The notes beneath the pieces are model-generated. The model was not told where the DNA came from. It worked only from the letters and a program-made list of their open reading frames with translations, and did no database searches. From NCBI GenBank assembly GCA_963663765.2, contig CAXXUA010000013.1, positions 696,396 to 760,395 of the forward strand: DNA of 64,000 bases. Reading direction: 5' to 3'. Position 1 is the stretch's first letter. The number at the start of each line of letters is the position of its first letter. Shown piece after piece: positions 58,215-64,000 of this stretch. The translations under genes and the position numbers were made by a program. Source of the DNA: Candidatus Poribacteria bacterium. Lineage in GTDB: Bacteria > Poribacteria > WGA-4E > WGA-3G.

Positions 58215-60098
58215 GTGAAAAAAGTTTTGCTTTGTGTCCTTGTTTTATTTTGTGTGAGTATATTCCATGCAAATGCACAAATAAAATGGGACGCAGAAAA
58301 ATTTATGCCGTTGAACCAAGTGAAAACTGGCATGAAAGGAAAAGGCTACACCGTCTTCTTTGGTACAACGGTTGAAGAATTTGAGTTTGAAGTGGTAAGT
58401 ATTGAGTACAACTTTTCTCCTGGTTGGGATGTTGTCTGGTGTAAAGGTACGAGCGATAACTTCATGCGTACAGGTGTAGCTGGCGGCATGAGTGGTAGTC
58501 CAATATACATTGATGGAAGACTTATGGGAGCACTTTCTCTTGGTTCTTTCAATCAACGTTTACATGCAAATCTCTTTGGTGTAACACCAATACAACAAAT
58601 GGTGAAAGTCGCAGAACGCGGTATGAAACCCAATCTAACTTATGCCGGAGCTAAGTTTTTCGACTATGGTTCGGAATTTGTTGCGGAAGGTCTTAACATC
58701 AAGCCTTTACAATATCCTAATGGATACAATGTAACACAAGAAAAGCAAAATAATAGTCAACCCCAGTCACATGTTTCAGCACAGAAACTGTATCAAAATT
58801 CTATGCGGTTGTCGATTCCCATTGCATTATCAAGACTTGATGGTTATTCAATGCAACTACTTAAACCCTTTTTAGATAAATATAATATGGTTCCTGTTCA
58901 GGCAGCTGGTGGTGGTGGACCTGTTAAAAAATCACCAGTTGAAATGGGACAGATTATTGGTACACAGTTTGTCCGTGGAGATTATGTGGCGTTTGGATAT
59001 GGAACTATTACACACATTGACAAAAACGAGTTATTAGCTTATGGACATTCATCGTCTGGCGAAGGTAATATCAACATGCCGCTCTCTGGTGGTTATGTAC
59101 ATTTTATTCTTCCCAGTACATCCAGATCGTCTAAAATTGCTTCTCCAACGCAATTGATTGGAACATTAGTTCAGGATAGAGATCCTGCTATTGCTGGTTT
59201 GATAAAGAAACTACCAAGCACGCACCACTATCTTCCTGTCAAAGCAACACTCCAAACTTCCAACAAGGAAATTCACGACATCAACTATGAAGTGGTTCGA
59301 GAACAATTCTATACACCTTTATATACTGGACTTTCAATATCAAATATTATTGCTGGGAGAGAATTTTTCTTCAATGATCATACTGTCAATACAAAAGCAA
59401 CTATTACGTTGGCAAAGAATCCTAAATTAGACAGCCATGAAATTGTCATTGAAAACATTTTTTCTTCAAGTGGTTCTCCTGGTTCAAATGTCTCTGGGAC
59501 TGTTATTAGTCCAATACGTCAACTGATAACAAATCCATTTGAAAAAGTCCGAATTGAATCAGTGAACTTTGACATAAAAGTTGATGATAAAAGAAAAACA
59601 GCAGGGATTCTTAAGGCACACCTTGATAAGAATGTCTATCGTCCTGGTGAAGAGATAGAATTAACATTAATTATACGTCCATATCTTGAGCAACCAGAAA
59701 CTCTTATCGGAAAGATTAAGATTCCTAAGGATACTCCTGATGGAGTGGTCATGCTCGCTGCTTTAAGTGGTGGTTCATACCCATCATGGTCACGTTCTCG
59801 TTCTCCAGGTAGTTTTCGAGCACAAAATATCAATCAGTTAATCGATTTACTGCAATATCAGGAACCCAATACTAACCTCATTCTTGAACTTTCTGCGCCA
59901 CGACCAGGATTAACTGTCCAAGGTGAGGAATTCCCAAATTTACCGATTTCAATTCAATCTGTGATGAATACTGCGTTGCGACGTGGGGAAACCGGATATA
60001 CAGCTGGAACAGTTATTCATACTGCGAAGGTGGCAACTGACTATGTAATGGTCGGAAGTACGACAATACCAGTAGCAGTTAATAGAAATGCACAATAG
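58215..60098 (+). CDS. Secreted SpoIVB-like peptidase S55 domain protein
   Basis: GMKGKGYTVF, GGMSGSPIYIDGRLMGA, AYGH. Confidence 0.88.
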   Translation: MKKVLLCVLVLFCVSIFHANAQIKWDAEKFMPLNQVKTGMKGKGYTVFFGTTVEEFEFEVVSIEYNFSPGWDVVWCKGTSDNFMRTGVAGGMSGSPIYIDGRLMGALSLGSFNQRLHANLFGVTPIQQMVKVAERGMKPNLTYAGAKFFDYGSEFVAEGLNIKPLQYPNGYNVTQEKQNNSQPQSHVSAQKLYQNSMRLSIPIALSRLDGYSMQLLKPFLDKYNMVPVQAAGGGGPVKKSPVEMGQIIGTQFVRGDYVAFGYGTITHIDKNELLAYGHSSSGEGNINMPLSGGYVHFILPSTSRSSKIASPTQLIGTLVQDRDPAIAGLIKKLPSTHHYLPVKATLQTSNKEIHDINYEVVREQFYTPLYTGLSISNIIAGREFFFNDHTVNTKATITLAKNPKLDSHEIVIENIFSSSGSPGSNVSGTVISPIRQLITNPFEKVRIESVNFDIKVDDKRKTAGILKAHLDKNVYRPGEEIELTLIIRPYLEQPETLIGKIKIPKDTPDGVVMLAALSGGSYPSWSRSRSPGSFRAQNINQLIDLLQYQEPNTNLILELSAPRPGLTVQGEEFPNLPISIQSVMNTALRRGETGYTAGTVIHTAKVATDYVMVGSTTIPVAVNRNAQ

Positions 60099-60152
60099 CA
60101 ATAGAATTAAAAAATAGAAATGATGGAACATTCTAACAGGAGGATATATTTT

Positions 60153-62252
60153 ATGTATCGTTTCTTTCGCTTTTGGAATCTTATGGCTGTTGCCTTGGTG
60201 ATTGCCTTAATTTACTCTGGATTTGCTTCTGCCGTGAATACTTCGTTATGGGAACAACGAAGTAGATCGGATTTTGAAGCAGGAGACATAAAAAACATTT
60301 CAGTATCAAGTAAAGGGGACGCCAGTTTATCTTTAAAAATTGACGATTTCTCAAAAATTGATGAAGCACGCGTCTGGGCACTTGCAGAAGATTCTGAAGG
60401 GAATATCTATGCTGGAACAGGCAATGAAGGCAAAATCTATAAAATTAGTGCAGATGGTAAAAACTTTTCACTCTATTATGATTCACCTGAAATAGAAATT
60501 TATAGTCTCGCTATTGGTCCTGACGATGTGCTTTATGCTGGTACGGGTCCAGATGGTCAGATTTACAAAATAACCGATGACAAAACACCACCACAAACAC
60601 TACTCAGCAAAGGCGATAAATATGTGTGGTCTATGCATCTTGACGATGCTGGTAATCTGATTGCAGTGACTGGTTTAGAAGGTAAAATCTACAAAATCAA
60701 TCCTGAAGGTGAGGTTAAGGTATTATTTGACGCTGAAGAAAAAAATATCGTTTCTTTGGTTGCTTATGATGGTGGGTATTACGCTGGAAGTAGTGGTAAT
60801 GGCATCATCTATAAAATTAGTGAAGATGGTACTGCAAATGTAATCTATCAAGCAAGTCAAAAGGATGTCAGACACCTTGTAATGGATAGCAAAGGCAACC
60901 TATATGCATCGTTAATCACATCTGTGCCAATGGACAGGGGTGGTAATCGTGGAAATAGGGGACCATCTGTGCCACAACCACAAACACCTGGAAGTGGTCC
61001 ACCGCAAGAAAACAAATCCTATATCTATAGGATTCATCCTGACGGAACTGTCGCTCCAGTCTGGAGTTCTCCCGAACCGCTTATCTCCGCTATCGTACTG
61101 GAAGCTGATGACCAAATTTTAGTCGGAACTGGAAAAAAAGGGCAGTTATACCGTGTTAATCCTATTACAGGGGATTATGCGTCTGTAGGCAAATGTAAAG
61201 CAGAAGACGTTGTTGCAATCCACAAAACAAAGAATTCAGACAGTATGAAGATTATCCTTGCTGCAGCCAACCCTGGTAAACTTTTTACACTTACATCATC
61301 CTATGTTGAACAAGGTACTTTGGAATCATCTGTCCACAATGCGAATAGTCTGTCAAAGTGGGGCAAACTCTCATGGGAAGCTGATGTTGAAGACGGAACT
61401 TCCATAACTTTTGCTACTCGGTCAGGAAATACACGTAAACCCGATGAGACGTGGAACAAGTGGTCAGAAGAACTCAACACTCCTGAAGGTTCACAGATAC
61501 CCAATGCTGATGCACAATATGTTCAGTGGCGTGCAAAGTTTACTACAACAGACCCGATGAAATCTGCTGTTTTGAAAAAGGTAACGCTTGCATCCGCTCA
61601 GACAAATGTTGAGCCCAGGTTCGCTGGTGTTAGCATCCGTGCGGGTAGTAGTGCAGCGCGTCCATCTGGAGGTCCACCATCACAAGGTAGTGCCAATAGA
61701 GCAAGTTCACCGAAAAACTGGAAAATAGAGTGGAAAGTTGATGATGTAAACAAGGACACTTTACAGTATACAGTATACTTTAAAGGTGTTGATGAAGGTA
61801 ATTGGCAACTCTTGAAAAAAGAAGTCATGAGTTCCAGTTATGATTGGGATATTACCTCTATCGCAGATGGAAGATATGAAGTCAAAGTGGTTGCTACAGA
61901 TAAATTGAGCAATCCCGTAGGTTGGGAAAAAACTGCTGAAAAGGTCAGTTCACCTTTTGACATTGATAATTCCGATCCGAGTGTCGGTGAAATCAATGTC
62001 GAAGAAAACGGTGATGGCACCTATAAGATTTCATGTGATGTCTCGGATAAGATGAACACCGTTCACAGAGCAGTCTACAAGATTGACAACGATGAACAGT
62101 GGAAAGTTATCTTTCCTGATGATGGTATCTTTGACTCCAAAGCGGAGCAGCTTCTATTACATACAGGTAAACTTTCAGATGGTTCACATAGCATTACAAT
62201 TCGTGTGATGGATAAAGCACAGAATGTTGCTACGGGACGAAAAAGTTTCTAA
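60153..62252 (+). CDS. Secreted beta-propeller protein with C-terminal FnIII/Ig-like domains
   Basis: Repeated YAGTG..GKIYKI blades; TRSGNT..PD.TW..WS; DGRYEVKVVATD. Confidence 0.8.
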   Translation: MYRFFRFWNLMAVALVIALIYSGFASAVNTSLWEQRSRSDFEAGDIKNISVSSKGDASLSLKIDDFSKIDEARVWALAEDSEGNIYAGTGNEGKIYKISADGKNFSLYYDSPEIEIYSLAIGPDDVLYAGTGPDGQIYKITDDKTPPQTLLSKGDKYVWSMHLDDAGNLIAVTGLEGKIYKINPEGEVKVLFDAEEKNIVSLVAYDGGYYAGSSGNGIIYKISEDGTANVIYQASQKDVRHLVMDSKGNLYASLITSVPMDRGGNRGNRGPSVPQPQTPGSGPPQENKSYIYRIHPDGTVAPVWSSPEPLISAIVLEADDQILVGTGKKGQLYRVNPITGDYASVGKCKAEDVVAIHKTKNSDSMKIILAAANPGKLFTLTSSYVEQGTLESSVHNANSLSKWGKLSWEADVEDGTSITFATRSGNTRKPDETWNKWSEELNTPEGSQIPNADAQYVQWRAKFTTTDPMKSAVLKKVTLASAQTNVEPRFAGVSIRAGSSAARPSGGPPSQGSANRASSPKNWKIEWKVDDVNKDTLQYTVYFKGVDEGNWQLLKKEVMSSSYDWDITSIADGRYEVKVVATDKLSNPVGWEKTAEKVSSPFDIDNSDPSVGEINVEENGDGTYKISCDVSDKMNTVHRAVYKIDNDEQWKVIFPDDGIFDSKAEQLLLHTGKLSDGSHSITIRVMDKAQNVATGRKSF

Positions 62253-62277
62253 CACTTGAATGCTTATGATGTTATTT

Positions 62278-62305
62278 AGGGTGGGTTTATACTCACCCTT
62301 TTTTA
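62278..62305 (+). terminator. Intrinsic terminator overlapping the bioA stop
   Basis: AGGGTGGGT-TTAT-ACTCACCCT then T-run. Confidence 0.65.
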
Positions 62306-63639
62306 TTTGTCACATCAGAAATAGCTCGGTAGGTAGTATCAATAAGCATATCTAATTCTGAGATTGAGATTTGCAAAGGTGGCATGAGAACGATCGTGTT
62401 GACAAGAGGTCGAAGTATGACCCCTTGCTTTAGGGCAGCTTTACAGACCTTTATTCCAATCTTGTCTTCAAATGGATAAAGTGTTTTGGTGTCTGTGTTC
62501 TCCATTAATTCTATACCCGCAGCCATACCACAGACCCTGACATCACCAACATGCCGTAGTTGATAGAATTCCTGAAGTCGTTGTTTGAAATGTGTAATTG
62601 TTGTTTGTAGACGGTTAATTAGGTTTTCTCGTTCAAAAATAGTTATGTTTTCTAAAGCAACAGCACAAGCTAATGGGTTACCCGTGAAAGTGTGTCCGTG
62701 AAAAAAGGTTTTCAGTTCGCTATAATCCCCAAGAAAAGCATTATATATTTCATCCGTGGTTAAGGTTGCTGCGAGTGGTAGGTATCCAGCTGCCAGTCCT
62801 TTCGCAGTACACAAGAGATCGGGTGATACGTCATCATGTTCACATGCCCACATTTTCCCTGTCCGTCCGAATCCGGTCATCACTTCATCAACAATTAGCA
62901 GGATTTCCATACTTTTTGCCAGTGTTTTAAGTTGCTTGAAAAATCCATTTGGTGCAATTATCATCCCACCTGCACCTTGTATAAGTGGTTCAACAATTAT
63001 TCCAGCAATCTGATTGGGAAGTTCAAGTACAACGTTTTCTACAACATCAATCCATTGTGATGAGTTATCGGTTACGTCAGGTTTTGGTAGGGACAGACTA
63101 ACACTCTTAAACAGTAAGGAATTGTATGTTGCATGAAAGGTATCAATACCACCGACGCTCATTGCGCCGACAGTATCTCCGTGGTAGGAATTATCAAAGT
63201 GGATAAATAGTTTTCGTTGCGGTTGACCTTTATGTTGCCAATACTGATACGCCATTTTCAGGGCAACTTCAACCGCGGTAGAACCGTTATCGGAATAAAA
63301 AACTTTGGTGAGACCTTTGGGTGAAATTTCAACCAGTTTTTTAGCAAGTTTTATGGCGGGAATGTTGCTGTAACCAAGGAGTGTGGAATGCGCAATTTGC
63401 TGAAGTTGTGACTTTAGAGCGGCATTCAAATCAGGATGATTGTGTCCATGCACATTTGTCCACATGGATGCAATCCCATCAAGATATCGGTTGCCTTCAA
63501 TATCAATCAGGTAAAGACCTTCACCTCGTTCAATAATTACAGGTTCTTCTGCTAACCAGTCCTGCATCTGTGTGAAAGGATGCCAAAGGTAATCTTTATC
63601 CCAAGTTGTTAGGGTTTCTTTATCCCTTGAGTTTTGCAT
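62293..63639 (-). CDS. bioA: Adenosylmethionine-8-amino-7-oxononanoate transaminase
   Basis: LWHPFTQ, GSTAVEVALKMA, YHGDT, DEVMTGFGRTG, AKGLAAGYLP, HGHTFTGNP. Confidence 0.95.
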   Translation of the reverse strand: MQNSRDKETLTTWDKDYLWHPFTQMQDWLAEEPVIIERGEGLYLIDIEGNRYLDGIASMWTNVHGHNHPDLNAALKSQLQQIAHSTLLGYSNIPAIKLAKKLVEISPKGLTKVFYSDNGSTAVEVALKMAYQYWQHKGQPQRKLFIHFDNSYHGDTVGAMSVGGIDTFHATYNSLLFKSVSLSLPKPDVTDNSSQWIDVVENVVLELPNQIAGIIVEPLIQGAGGMIIAPNGFFKQLKTLAKSMEILLIVDEVMTGFGRTGKMWACEHDDVSPDLLCTAKGLAAGYLPLAATLTTDEIYNAFLGDYSELKTFFHGHTFTGNPLACAVALENITIFERENLINRLQTTITHFKQRLQEFYQLRHVGDVRVCGMAAGIELMENTDTKTLYPFEDKIGIKVCKAALKQGVILRPLVNTIVLMPPLQISISELDMLIDTTYRAISDVTNKKG

Positions 63640-64000
63640 AATGCACAGGTTGTTCTAACCCAAGTTCATCATAAGTACCTGCTTTGGGGACGACGATTTC
63701 AAGCAACCTATTCTGATATTTTGTGTAAAAGTCTTCAGGTTGCCCGGGGATAGCGAAGGTGTTTCTGAAACCGTCAGGAAAAGAACTTGTGCGTCCAACG
63801 ACCTTCTCAAACCTTGGATCAGCGAATTCCTGGGGTTTCTTAGGATCACGCGGAAGTTGTGGTTTGAACTGTTAGTTGACTTGTTGGAGAATCGGAGGAC
63901 TCTGGCGCATAAGGTGAACTCAAAGAGATTTCGTAATCATAGTGTGGCATTCTATCAGGTAGGTCATACGAGGCTTTAGCAGAAGAATTTGGTACCCAAC
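63620..64000 (-). CDS. Probable 3' end of an unidentified gene entering from the right, with apparent frameshift near 63872
   Basis: Frame open from the edge (WVPNSSAK...SPTSQL) continues +1 as QFKPQLPRDPKK...AKLKG* overlapping the bioA start. Confidence 0.4.

Overview
Bacterial chromosomal window (AT-rich), most likely Candidatus Poribacteria; this is inferred from the secreted LamG proteins ending in KLAT(T/S)WG-x-x-K, the WD40 protein and the multiple Gfo/Idh/MocA genes. Housekeeping blocks (cysteine synthase, infA, pckG, Omp85, glcD, yebC-ruvCAB-queA-yajC, maf, NtrC/histidine kinase pair, glpK, bioA) surround a ~14 kb defence/toxin-antitoxin island (19-33 kb). The most notable signals are as follows. 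(1) The last ~100 bp of a Type IIG restriction-modification gene occur three times in direct orientation, each copy heading a different defence cassette, with no integrase in view. This looks like an array grown by repeated 3'-end replacement. (2) A DUF3800 gene is faced by a small structured RNA with its own convergent sigma70 promoter. (3) Two intact-RuvC tnpB-only IS200/IS605 elements are both inserted at TTAT^TAA, one splitting a DUF5615 toxin gene and one sitting inside a repeat element. (4) The intergenic DNA is a nested mobilome: at least six MITE shells with different TIRs and TSDs carry interchangeable GTAG/GTGG REP hairpins, and a 33-43 bp micro-element repeatedly inserts into those hairpins. 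No rRNA, tRNA or CRISPR array was recognised. All product calls come from motif recognition, not database searches.
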